Shown here: positions 24,522-36,169 of the stretch, in pieces
How positions within the stretch are numbered: position 1 is the first letter of the stretch
Layout of the letters: the number at the start of each line of letters is the position of its first letter
Assembly: GCA_023920165.1 (NCBI GenBank)
Contig: CP089276.1
Coordinates: 1,426,001 to 1,490,000 of the forward strand
DNA from: Curvularia clavata
Lineage: Eukaryota
DNA length: 64,000 nt
Direction: 5' to 3'
Program-made: the position numbers and the translations under genes
Notes under the pieces: model-generated
Told to the model about the DNA's origin: nothing
Database searches by the model: none
The model's input: only the letters and a program-made list of their open reading frames with translations

Positions 24522-25165
24522 ATGTGTTGACACTTCCTTTTGTTGTTATTAACGCCCGAGTCATGACTGCAGCGACGACAACACGTCATCTATTACTTGT
24601 CGCATCTACGCTTGCCATAGATGCTTCTGCTAGAGGCTTCTTTTCTTACGATCCAAGTCCTTTCTGTTTTGCGGTCCAATGGGCCCCAATTCACGGCTTT
24701 GTTTGGATATACACAGATGTTTTACACATTTTTTCAGTCTTTTAACTGAATGTTAGACGTTGTTGTAATGCACAGGATGGGAGGAGACAAGGCGAGGTCA
24801 AACGCAAGTACGGATGATCTTTCTTGTTATTCTTCATTACTATCCGTTTTTCTATTCTTGATCAGACTTGCATAGCGTGGGGGGAAGGAAGGGATTTATA
24901 CGAGGATAATTGTTTAATATGGGGTCTAGGTTAGCCTACCCTGATGGAGCAGTGCATTACGAAGGGAGATTTAGGTGTAGACGAATACAGTCGCGTGACG
25001 TGTGTTTTATTGTTCTGTTCAGTACAATGCAGTATTGTTTTGATATACCTTTTTCTACCGCCTTTTCTCTCCTAGACTTGATTTCGATACATCACATGTG
25101 GTAGTCCATACTCGTGTGTACAACCACGACACTTGAACCCCAGTCTCACTCAACTACGTAGGTAG

Positions 25166-26361
25166 CTAGCTCTCGTCATTCTCAACCAGCCCCATCCAGT
25201 CCCTCCACGCTGCCCACGCCAAAATCACAAAAGCCTGCGCCTCAGGATTCACTTCCCCGACTGGCATCTCCCTACTTTCCTTCAATGAATCCACCACCGG
25301 ATGCGCAATCCCCGTTTCAGCATCAATGTGTTGCGCAACAGCTTGTAATTTGGCATTCGCCCACGCAGCGTATGGTTCCGCATTAGCTTTCTCGGGTAGG
25401 AGTAGAGCGAATCTGAATGCAGCAGCAGCCATGAGGGCGGTACCAGCGACGTCCGGAAACGCAATATCGTCATCATCATCATCATCATCATCATCATCTA
25501 GATAGTTGCGGAGAAGATGCGAGGGATGCGTGTCCACGTCCATTACTGCATCAAGGGTCCTTTGCAGCAACCCCCGTAGCTTCGTCTGTTCCTCCACCAT
25601 CTGCGGTGCGAAAGCTGAATGCGCAAGCGTAGCAAGGACACGCGATATCCCCGCTGCTGCCCAGGCATTCGCCGTACTCCATACCCCCTTATCACCCTTC
25701 ACATCCGAAAGACCCGGGGCATTGGCGATATGTCGCCACAAACCACTTTTCGTACATAGAACAGCGCTGTACAGTATACACTGCCTCACGCTCTCCTTGG
25801 CTAGTGAAATGTCCTGCGTGGAAACAGCGTGGTAGGCCATGTTGGGTGGAAACATGTAGATTGCGTCGGACCAGAGGGAGGGGTACTCTGAGCGATGGGA
25901 GATTGCGCCGTTGGGGAAACGAGGGGTTTGGGTTAGGAATGTGCTGAGTTGGCGGGATACAGCGGTGGAGTAGGTATCGTGGGTTTCTTTGGGTAAAGAG
26001 GGGGAGTGGGAGAGGAGGGTGGCGGGAAGGAGGAGGGAGAAGGGGTCTGCAGATGAGCCTGGGGTTGTTAATGAATATCCTTATTTTGTAGGTGTATGAG
26101 TAGCGGTGGTGCAGTACCATTGCCCTCACTCAAGGTAGAACTATCGGTGCGTATGTGTGGTAGTACATAGCGCAACGCATCTGCATCTTCAACCCTTAAC
26201 TTAGGGACTTGGCTATTTGGAAATGAATTCGGATGAAAGACACTGTACTCCGGGTTGCAATATTCAAGTAATGCTTCAAATACTGTGCTGTATTCCCAGC
26301 TATGCGATGCGGTTTCCTGGGCTTTGGACAGCACTTTTTCGAGAACGTCTTGTGGGATCAT
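25166..26361 (-). CDS. Glycoside hydrolase family 88/105-like (six-hairpin glycosidase)
   Basis: SWEYST, GSSADP, PRFPNGAISHR..LWSDAIYMFPP, WSTANAWAAAG and PEAQAF motifs. Intron ~26059-26117. An (ATC)n microsatellite at 25466-25498 encodes poly-Asp. Confidence 0.8.
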
Positions 26362-28069
26362 GCTGGGTTGGTGGTGCTATGGGCGCGAAGACGGACTGCA
26401 TCTTGAGGAGTCGTTGAGAACATGGTGGGCGTATCCTGCATGACGTCTTGTTGTCGTGTTTGCCTTTTCGGTTGTTGCCGTTGCCGCCAGCGGGTGGCTT
26501 GGGGAGGGGTTGCGGGCGGCGGTTCTTTTGTGCCGAAGCTGAGCCTCATTGGAACTGCATTGCATCCAGGGCTGAGGTTTTACGACAGGACTGGAGCTCC
26601 TTGTAATTATTTTTTTCCAACCATGCATCTTTTTCGTATACTTGTTGTACAGAATCGAGTGAAGAGTGATATGCGACTCGTTATCAGCGGCACCAAACGA
26701 GACGTGGAAGTCAATTGAAAAGACCAGCAATCGTCTCATGTGTGGCCACCTTTTTCTACAGAGTGATGAGCGGCCGCTGCATTTGTTTCGACCTGGAGGG
26801 GCTGCCGACTTGACAATGCCAGACTGACGTTGACCAAGCCATGGCGTAATTTGATGGCTTGGTTTCCAAGCAGCGTCCTTGGACAATTCTCCACCACAAT
26901 CAAGTGCCGTGATGATCGTTGGACTGTGCCATTACTCAGATCTGGGGAGCGTCCCTGGCCCCAAGTCCGTGTCTGGGGAAGGCAGTGCTATGTCCAACCC
27001 CCTACCTTTTGTCGCGCAGAGAGACAGCTGATGTGCACAGAGTGGAGTAGGCCATGTGGGCATAGCGCCCCGAGGTTAGGGTCTCCACCAGGACCCGCAA
27101 TGGACATGTTCCAAGCCGGACCCTTGGGCCTGAAGCGATTTCTCAGAATATCTTTTACGTTTGCAAACCTCCGCGGTGTGGAGGCTGAAAGATAACAGCA
27201 TCTGGTGTTGCGGCGTACACTGATAAGGTTACGGGCCTAGCATCTGTAAGCGAAGCCAGGAAGAAAACTCTGCACGCTGTAGTGGTTGCATCGAAGGGTA
27301 TTACGCGTAGTTTGACACTGGCCGGAGACATGGTCCTGGGAGAGGTGCCGAAGTGTGCAGCCAGCACGAGACAAGGGTGGCCAATCAAGGGCAGTGCTCC
27401 AACCCCACGATCCCCAGACGAGCAGTGAAAGTCCCCCGTTTGCGTTCCCCCGCCATGGAGCGTACCGTCTGGCAAACCATGGGACGACACTCGACGGGGG
27501 CTAAGCCTTGTAGCGTCTTCTAGTGCGTCTTCCAAAAGGCTTGTCGTGGCTCTGGACAGGGCCGAATTGAGCCTCAACCCCACACGGCGCGCTTTTCTTC
27601 GGCTCAAAGACATAAACCCTCACTGCACTCACTGAGAGGCACCATCACCCACCACGACCTGAACAGTGCCCAGCGCCCAGTACTGCAGAGCCGAGAAAAT
27701 GCGCGTCTTAGCCAGGGCGTCATCAGGCCAGTTGAGTTCCCAGTGGCAACCATCGCGCCAGGCCAAGGCCATTCCCCCGCCTTTTCACCCGGTAGTTTTG
27801 CCATTACCTAACGATAATTGGTTCCCCAGACATGGATCTCTGCGCCGCCGACGCTACCTCATCGTCCCATGCCGTAGATGCGCTTTTGGGTACCACCCAA
27901 CGGGGACAAATGCCCTTTTGAAATTTCTGCCTCCAAGGCCGCGCCCACCACCCGTCTTGCGCCTGGTCGCGACGCCGAGTCTGCTATATAATAGCCCCTA
28001 CGTCCCCCACCCGGAATTGCACAAGCTTGGTACCGGCTAACCAACTCTTCCCCCCTCCAACTACTCATC

Positions 28070-29802
28070 ATGCCGAACCACTACATGGCCGACGAGAAGC
28101 CAGAGGCGACTCCTTATGGCTTCGAGGAAACCAACGTCGGCTTCGAGGAGCCTTTTGTCCATGGCGCTTCTACTGTTGGTGGTGAGACAGGACGCGGAGG
28201 AGACACCCACCGTGGACTGAAGAGCAGACACATTCAGTTTCTGTGAGTCTGCGCGCACAGTTAAACTAAAACAGTGTAGATGCTTACGAATAATACAGTG
28301 CACTCGGAGGTGCGATTGGAACTGGTCTCTTCATTGGCTCTGGCTCTATTCTCGCTCTCGTGGGCCCCGCGCCCTTGTTCATGGCCTACCTCAGCATGAT
28401 GCTGGTCGTGTACAATGTCATGAACAACTTGGCTGAAATGGTTACCTACCTTCCTATGCGTGGTATCACAATACCTTACTTTGTCAAGAGATATGTGGAC
28501 CCTAGTTTGGCTTTCGCGACTGGTTGGAACTACTGGTATGCGTATGCTATCCTCGTTGCTGCTGAAGCCACGGCTGGAGCCATTCTCCTAGAATATTGGC
28601 AAACTCCCGTTCACAACGCTGTCTGGATCACCATTTTCTTGATTGTCGTCCTCTTCCTCAACATTGTTGCCGTCGAGTTCTTCGGAGAAGCCGAGTTCTG
28701 GTTTGCCTCGATTAAGTTTTTGACAATCATTGGCCTCATTATCCTCGGTTTTGTCATTATGCTGGGCGGTAGCCCCAATGACCAAGGGCGCCTTGGTTTC
28801 CGATATTGGAATAACCCCGGAGCTTTCAAGCCTTACATTGCAGAAGGAAACGCTGGAAAGTTCCTCGCGTACTGGACTGCTTTTGTTCGCGCTGGTTTCG
28901 CCTTCATCACTTCGCCTGAACTGATTGCGCTTGCTGCTGGAGAAACTATTGCTCCTCGCCGTAACATCCCCAAGGCTGCTGGTCGTTTCGTCTACCGTTT
29001 GGCCATTTTCTACGGTCTTGGATCTTTCATCATTGGTGTTGTTGTCCCCTCCGACGACGATCGTCTCCTGAGCGGTAGCTCCAACGCTTCGGCCTCTCCC
29101 TTTGTTATTGGTATCCAGAGAGCAGGTATTGAGGGATTGAACCACGTTGTCAATGCAGCCGTCCTGACATCCGCCTGGTCTGCCGGAAACGCCTTCCTCT
29201 TCTCTGGTTCTCGTGTCTTGTACGGAATGGCTCTGAACGGCGAGGCTCCCAAGGTCTTTGGCAGGACTAGCAAGAAAGGCGTGCCATACGTAGCTGTCCT
29301 CGCTACCTGGGCAATTGGTCTCCTCGCTTACCTCAACGTCTCCAACACCGGTGCCCAAGTCTTCCTATGGTTCTCTAATATCTCCACCATCTCTGGATTC
29401 ATCGCCTGGATCGTCGTCATGACCACCTACCTCCGGTTCCGCAAAGCTATGATCTTTAATAACCTTCTGGATACTCTACCCTACCGCACCCCTTTCCAGC
29501 CCTACCTCACCTATTTCACTCTCTTCGTCATCTCCCTACTCACCCTCACCAACGGTTTCCAGGTATTTGTGCCTTCCCGCTGGTCTGTCTCCGACTTTCT
29601 GGCCGCATATATCACCCTCCCTATTTTCCTTGCCCTTTACCTTGGCCACAAGGTCGTGACGAGGACAAAGTTTGCCATTCCAGTGCAAAGGATTGACGTC
29701 ACGACAGGTGTGCGGGAGATGAACGAGCTATGCAAGGACGACATCACGGGTGCGCCGGTAGCAAAGAATGTCTGGCAGAAGATTTGGTACTGGCTTGCTT
29801 AG
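28070..29802 (+). CDS. Amino-acid permease, YAT family (proline-permease/PUT4-like)
   Basis: GLKSRHIQFL/ALGGAIGTGLFIGSG, FGEAEFWFASIK and ASASPFVIGI motifs; 12-TM pattern. Intron 28243-28298. Confidence 0.92.
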
Positions 29803-29960
29803 AGAAGATAGAAGCTAGATCCTCTATTTCCGATGTGTTGCTTGTTATTTAGCGCGCATATGATGATTTCTACTCAGACATGGGTTGCTCAATAAACGAG
29901 CTATGCATGATTCCAAAAGACTTCTAAACTTGGTAAATGTGATGTTGTGTTTGCAATATA

Positions 29961-31139
29961 CGGAGGACGCTCTCAAAAGTTCCTGCCAGCGTCAGCCTTA
30001 TTAGCCGGCCAATAGGACCGAGGTTCTTGGCACCCACTCGCGATTTTCGTGAGCGGTCTATCTGTTTTGAAGCTCTAGATATACCAATATACCCAACTTT
30101 TTGGTGTTGAGATGGCTCCTAACATTGATGTCTCGACCTGTGCCTTGATTGTGACCTTAAAATCTCCTTTTGTAGGCAAAACGACCACCCAGGTTAGCGA
30201 GCTTACTGGCATTCCACCACGGACGATTAACGCGATCTACGGGAGAGCCTGTGAGCGAGGATATGAACCAAACGCCCGTATCGTCAAGCTTCGTCTAGAG
30301 TATCTTGAAGACGCTCCTCGCTCAGGTCGTACACGAGAACAAGAGGTAGTTCAAGAGGAGGTTCTTCAGAGAGTAAGCCGCAATTAATATGGACGAGAGA
30401 CGACCTGTGCTGACCTAGCTGGTGAAATCAGTCTTCTCAGTCACGACGTGTCGTCTATCACTGTGTGGAGAGTACTCAAGGTAGCCGGATACAGCAAGAC
30501 CAAGCCGACGAGGAAGCCTGGGTTGACGAAGAAGATGAGACAGGATAGACTAGACTGGTGTCTAGCTCACAAGGACTGACCGCGTGAGAACTGGAAGAAT
30601 GTCACCTGGTCTGACGAGACTTTAGTCGTTTTAAACCACCGCTGTGGTGGCTAACGTGTATGGAAAAAGTCGGACGAAGCCTTTTTAAAGTCTTGTATTC
30701 GAGAGAGATAGAAGAGATACTCTAAGTTTATGTCCTGGAGCTGCTTCTCGTACGATTAGAAAGGTCCCTGCCATATTTGGACACCCGAGACTACGCAAGA
30801 CAGAAAGGAAGCAACTGCTGAGATTGATAAGATAAATAAGATTCTTGAGCCTATTATAAAGTTAAACTTAACTAAGAAAGGTGCTCAAAGTCTCGAGCGG
30901 AGGCAACTAATATTCGATATCAGACCTAGTGTAAGCTACCTTAACACTAAACTCAAGCTTAGATAGAGCGGATCCTAGTATATATCTAATAGATTATTAA
31001 ACTTGAAAGTGGGAATATGTATCATAAAGGGAGAGGTTATTTTAAGCAGAGAAGCGTTCGATAGATCGGCTGTACTTTGGTGGGTTTTCGGTAGTTTTGA
31101 GAACCTCTGTCTGGCAGGAACCTTCGAAAGCGTCCTTCG
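29961..31139 (+). mobile_element. Tc1/mariner DNA transposon, internally deleted and RIP-mutated
   Basis: 29-bp TIRs cggaggacgctctcaaaagttcctgccag (29961-29989) and ctggcaggaaccttcgaaagcgtccttcg (31111-31139), each flanked by TA. Transposase relic from 30112: EDAPRSGR, KPGLT..RLDWC, WSDET, with in-frame stops. Confidence 0.92.
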
Positions 31140-31348
31140 TACGTGAAGAATGGATTTTAATAAATGCGGTGTTATGCCTACAAGATAGACGGAGAATCAG
31201 TTATATCAAAACCTGCTTCTCTATCTCTGAAAACAGAAAACAGGGCAATCTACAGCTATTTCTAAACTCCGTAAGGACACATATGCCTATTCTCTTTCTG
31301 CACCCACTATATTGCCCGTACTCTGCATCCTCCATTCTCTACACAAGA

Positions 31349-33430
31349 TTACCGCACCCTCACTCCCTCCACCTCCACCACCGGCCCTCGATACACCTTC
31401 CTTGCCCAAACCGCATAATACACCGCGCTTGTCCCCGCAATCACCGACGTTCCCAGAACAGCCCAATTCATATTTTGCGGCGTGACGGCCGCGAAAGTTG
31501 GCCAGAAGCTGAAAAACAAAACAAAGGCAAGGTATGCGCAGGCAAAAGCGTTATTCGCAATTCCCAAAGAAGCGGGGAGGCGCCAGGGGCCCCAGAAGGC
31601 GAGGGGCGCGGGAGTGCTGGGGCCGAGATGTGAGTGCTGGGGAGACACAATGGCGCCGGTGCAGCGGCGGTAGAGGAGGAGGGATGAAGTAAGCAGGTAC
31701 GACGAGAAGAGGCCGGCGATGGCGATGGAGATGACGCCGTTAAAAGCAGTGGTGGATCCGATGTTGATGAGGGCGAGGAGGCACGCGGTGAGGTTGGTGA
31801 AGAGGACAGCTGAGACGGGGATTTGGGTGCGGGTGCTGATCTATCCATATTGTGTCAGAGAAACTTTAACATTTTCGGCAAATGGGGAGGAGAAAGGTAG
31901 ATGTACCTTGCTCAGTGTCTTCCAACCTGGAAGTCCTTTGTCGCGGGCAAAGGCCCAGCAGATGCGTGATGTGGAGGCTGAGAGCCCGACGTTGGCGCTG
32001 ATGGTGAGAAGCATCACGAGTGACGCCATGACTGCGGCGCCAGAACGCGATTGCACTGCGCGGTGGAATATGGCCATGAATGGGAACGCTGGATTTTCTT
32101 CAAGGACGGCGGAGAGGTCGCCCATGCGGAAGAGGACGGCCAGCAGCATGCCAAAACCGAGGGTGCCGTTGATACCAATGCCAATCATGATTGAGCGAGG
32201 GACGACAATCTGTGCGTTTTGGATTTCTTCAGAGAGCTGTGCGGGAAAGTCAGTATCCGTATGTTCTCTGATTTTCATTCAGTACAGAGACTTGGATATA
32301 GCTTGACTTACGTGAATGGGACCGTCACCACCTAAACGCAGTGTTAGTCAATTTTGAATAAGATGGGGGTCAGAGCAGAATACTTACCTACGAAAGCAAA
32401 AACGCTCCCCATTATTCCTATGCAAAAGCTCAATCCTTGACTCTTCCAACCCCCCATATTCAGAAAAGTGGTAAAAATCTCCTTTGCATCTCCCTGTGGC
32501 CCCATTACGAGAATAGGAATCAAGATACCAAAGAAACCAGCAATATGTATGAATAGCGCTGCGCCTTCGAACTTGGGTAAGAGCCAGCCGGCTGCTACAT
32601 TGATGAAGATGCAGAAAGCAATGATGGCCCAGTAGAAGAGTGTAACGTGCCAGTTCTGAGGGACGTAGGTATCCGGTTGGCATAGCATGATAAGACCTTG
32701 GATCAAGCCTCCGGTTAGGAAGGCGCCTGAGCCGAGAGAAGCTAGCCAACCGCAGAGAGTGAGCCAACCTATTAGATGGTATGTTAAAAGGCTGCTACAT
32801 ATGTGCGAATGCGATGGCGGGACGGACCGGAGATATAACTAAGCAACTTCTGGAAATTTCGTGGAGCAAGCATAGATACCCAATGATATTGACCACCGGA
32901 GGTAGGCGCCCTGTTCCTTGTTATTAATTCCCCTTGACATACGTGAAGTGTAAACTTACATTGATACCAATTCGCTGAGTACCATGAAGACAGACACGGT
33001 GCCAATCCATACTGTGATGTAGCCGTAAATGACACCAGCAGGGCCACCACTACCTTTGTTAGGTATTCATATGCTATTGCTTATCGAGATGGTAGTTTAC
33101 TTTTGAAATCCAACGAGGAACAAACTAAGGCAAGTTAGCGATTTGGCTTCAACAAGCGTGAGAGGAGTAACTTGCACCAGAGAGCCTTCCCATGTGATGA
33201 GGACTGTACAGCTGAAGCCCAATATTGCTAAGAATCCAAAGCGGCGCTGTGAGTTTTATATTAGATTGGAGTCTTCCGTGGTTCCAGAGGGTAAAAGTGT
33301 ATCCAATGCATACCTTCAATACAGCCTTTTTGCCCAATTTTGCCAAAGCAAGATCATCATCGTTGTCCACAGACACTGTGGATACTATGTTAAGCTCGAC
33401 ATCACCATGCTTAGAAGGTGATGATGCCAT
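31349..33430 (-). CDS. APC-family amino-acid/choline/GABA permease, many short introns
   Basis: LGKKAVLK/RRFGFLAILGFSCTVLITWEG, APTSGGQYHWVSMLAP, GGDGPIH/LSEEI, SSRICWAFARDKGLP and FWGPWRL motifs. Includes a GC-AG intron at 33125-33175 and micro-exons. Confidence 0.88.
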
Positions 33431-34350
33431 GGTAGCGCGTAGGAGAGGATAACGACGAACAGACGAAAAATGGTGTTGGACAATAACACGAACAACGAAA
33501 AATAACGAAAAAAAACTCCGCGGCCAAAGTTTCAAGTTAATAACCGCATCCATGAAGCTCACTGCATGCACATAGTCACCTACCTAGCCGGGCGTTCGAG
33601 CTCAGATACTGGCACGCCTAATCTGTACTCCCTATAACGCCCGTCTTAACCCACCAGTCACATCACGCCACCAGCCTGCCCTTTTTAGGCGACCTGCTAA
33701 GAACCGCGCTTAGAGGATTCTGCATACATGTGCATTACCGATCTGCCGCAATATAACGCTAAAAGGCGGAAAATGCAGATTGACAGGGGCCGCGGTCTGC
33801 GGGTCGTGATTGCATGGTCGTTGCGTGCATTTCCCAGCAGTCGCAATTAGTACTAGAGATTCTTGCCCAATATACGTACTAATTAGCAAATTCTACATAT
33901 TTTAAAGAACTTATTATTTTTAGTATTTTGTAGACTATTATAGTAATAAATAGCGATACAAACGCGCTGTTCAATGGATAGAAACCGGTTAGAGGGTAAT
34001 ATTGATAGGTTTGCCGGAATAGTGACCAAATTCACGAGATTAGGGTACATATAGACTGCAGTGAGTCGTTCTACTGCCTTACACTACGTGCCCTTATCAT
34101 AACTATAGTTTATTGAGTGTAGAGTCTACCGCCTGTTATTAGGCGCCTAATAAGGTAGTTGTTTTTATTCTGTGACTTAGTTCTATCTAGACTAGTACTA
34201 ACTTTCTGGAACAAGGACTGTAAGGTCTTTAGTGTCTAAGGTCTAGAGCCTAAGATCTTGCGTCTGTATCTCTACTTAGATAGTGTCCTTCACTTTGATT
34301 TTTTTGATGTTTGGTGGGTTGAGGGGCGGCCTGCCGCTTTTTTATGTAAT

Positions 34351-34603
34351 TGTCAGGACCTGGCCCAAACTGGACCATTTCAGTCCAAATTCCTCCCGTC
34401 CTAGCACGATTAGTCAGCTAGGGCCTTCTTAGAACTATAAAGTTCTAGTCATCACTAGAGATGCTCGATAGCGGTTCGTCTCGTGAATATATGGCTGTTA
34501 ACGCATAGTCCTCTCCCATTCATCTCGTGCTGTACCATCATTCTACTACCAGTCTAAAAGTAATATACATTTCGGGCTAATCGCCGCAGACGAGCCACTT
34601 ATA
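34351..34603. mobile_element. Possible solo LTR (RIP-mutated)
   Basis: ~250-bp block starting TGTCA and ending ...CTTATA (possibly RIP-mutated CA) with an internal TATAAA. No clean target-site duplication and no partner copy seen. Confidence 0.3.
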
Positions 34604-35101
34604 GGAAATAAATGAATAAACGCGCTGTTATTAAGTCTCTGTTCTTAGATTCTAACCCTAAAAGCTAGAGGATTACTCTTGACGAGTTTGCCAATACAGT
34701 AGTTGGTACTCTATTGAGAAAAACCAAAAAAAAGAGCGAAGCATCTTTTACACTATTTTGATTATATTGCGCCTGTTTCATTCTATACTTGATTTATAAT
34801 AGGAATACTATACTTTAAAATATTGCCAAAAGATGTGTTTTTTTCTCTATAAAAGATTTGCATTTTATTATAGATCTCTAACCCTGCGATATAAGGAAGT
34901 TTTAATGTCCTTAGTGATTAGCAGTGAATTTGGTGGGCTATAAGCCGTTTCGTGGCCCTGATTATGTTTTTCAGCATAGTAGTTGGGTACGAATAGCACT
35001 TGCGGACTGGGACGTCCTTTGTCGTTGTTGAGTGGGGTGCATGCACCAAGTTCTCAAGTATGAGACCTACCTCACGCAGTGCAAGTAGACGAGCAGAGAA
35101 A

Positions 35102-35350
35102 GAAGAAGAAGAAGAAGAAGAAGAAGAAGAAGAAGAAGAAGACGCAACAACGCATTTAAGGTAAAACATGTAGCTTAAGCAACAACTAAGTTACTATTCA
35201 AATAGCTTGTCAAGTCTACAGTCTAGCAGCGAAAACCAAGGAGAGAGTAAAAAGAGCGTAAAAAGAAAGTAAGAAAAGAAGGTAAAGAGAAGGTAAAGAG
35301 AAGGTAAAGAGAAGGTAAAGTCAAGTAAAGTCAAGTAAAGTCAAGTAAAG
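35102..35350. repeat. (GAA)13 microsatellite plus minisatellites (AGAAGGTAAAG)x4 and (TCAAGTAAAG)x3
   Basis: Located at 35102-35140, 35277-35320 and 35321-35350 respectively. Confidence 0.92.
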
Positions 35351-35447
35351 AGGTAAGATAGTAGAGCAAAAGAGATGTAGGTAGCAGCCAAATTAGTTTA
35401 TAGATAGCAGCTGAGTCATACTTTCGGGCTTGTGACTTTACATCGAG

Positions 35448-35792
35448 CTACGACCTGTCTCCTGGTTCCATGGGCATGCCATGAACATCAAGCCCCATAA
35501 CATTTGCCATGTTCTCGATGATCTCCAGGATTTTAGAAACGTCGGTGGCATGTTCAATCCCGGTTTCGCTCAACTCCAAAGCACACTTGAGGCTGCTAAG
35601 CAGCGTTAAAATGTGCCGGAAGCCGTCGCTTATAGCACACTTGTCGACCTCGAGTGTGGTTGCCCTTGCCAGGGACATGTCGGCATTGTCTTGCTCAGCC
35701 TCCTGGGAGGCTTTGGACTTTGCAGCTCGAGTCGCTGCTGTGATGTCGGACATATCAAAGTCGCGGTCCCTGTCGGGGTCTGGGTTAGTCAT
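35448..35792 (-). CDS. Small uncharacterised ORF (114 aa) in the TE island, with a truncated tandem paralog at 35930-36025
   Basis: Open and not RIP-like inside a RIP-rich region. Shares FDMSDITAA and upstream leader sequence with the 31-aa copy. Confidence 0.45.
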   Translation of the reverse strand: MTNPDPDRDRDFDMSDITAATRAAKSKASQEAEQDNADMSLARATTLEVDKCAISDGFRHILTLLSSLKCALELSETGIEHATDVSKILEIIENMANVMGLDVHGMPMEPGDRS

Positions 35793-36169
35793 GGTAGTAG
35801 TTGGGATTGGTGTTTCGCAATGTGTGTAGGAAGTTTGTGGAGGAGGGATGGTGAGGAATGAGGGATAAGGTGGCGTGGGTAGCAGCTGAGTTATACTGAC
35901 TCTACATCCACATCCTTCTCATTAGATTGTTAGAAGGGTTTGGGCTTTTCGCTTCGAGCCGCTGCTGTGATATCGGACATATCGAATTCGCAGTCCCAGT
36001 CGCGGTCGGTATTGCGGTCGGTCATGATGGTGTTGGCGATTAGGTTAGTGTACTTGTTTTGATCGTCTGTGTTCAAGGTCTCTTGATTGATTTAGGAAGT
36101 TGTAGTGGAGGAGGGATGGTAAGGAATGAGGGAGAAGTGATTTATAACTGCTGGGCTGCCCTGGTCTTT

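Noticed and set aside
25150..25170. TAG-CTA stop context of the GH88/105 gene as a readthrough/peroxisomal signal
   Set aside because: The extension would end in LPT, which is not a PTS1. The other stop codons I checked also gave no cryptic PTS1.
34652..34661. CTAACCCTAA telomere/template-like word
   Set aside because: Single 10-mer in RIP-degraded AT-rich DNA, with no array or structural context.
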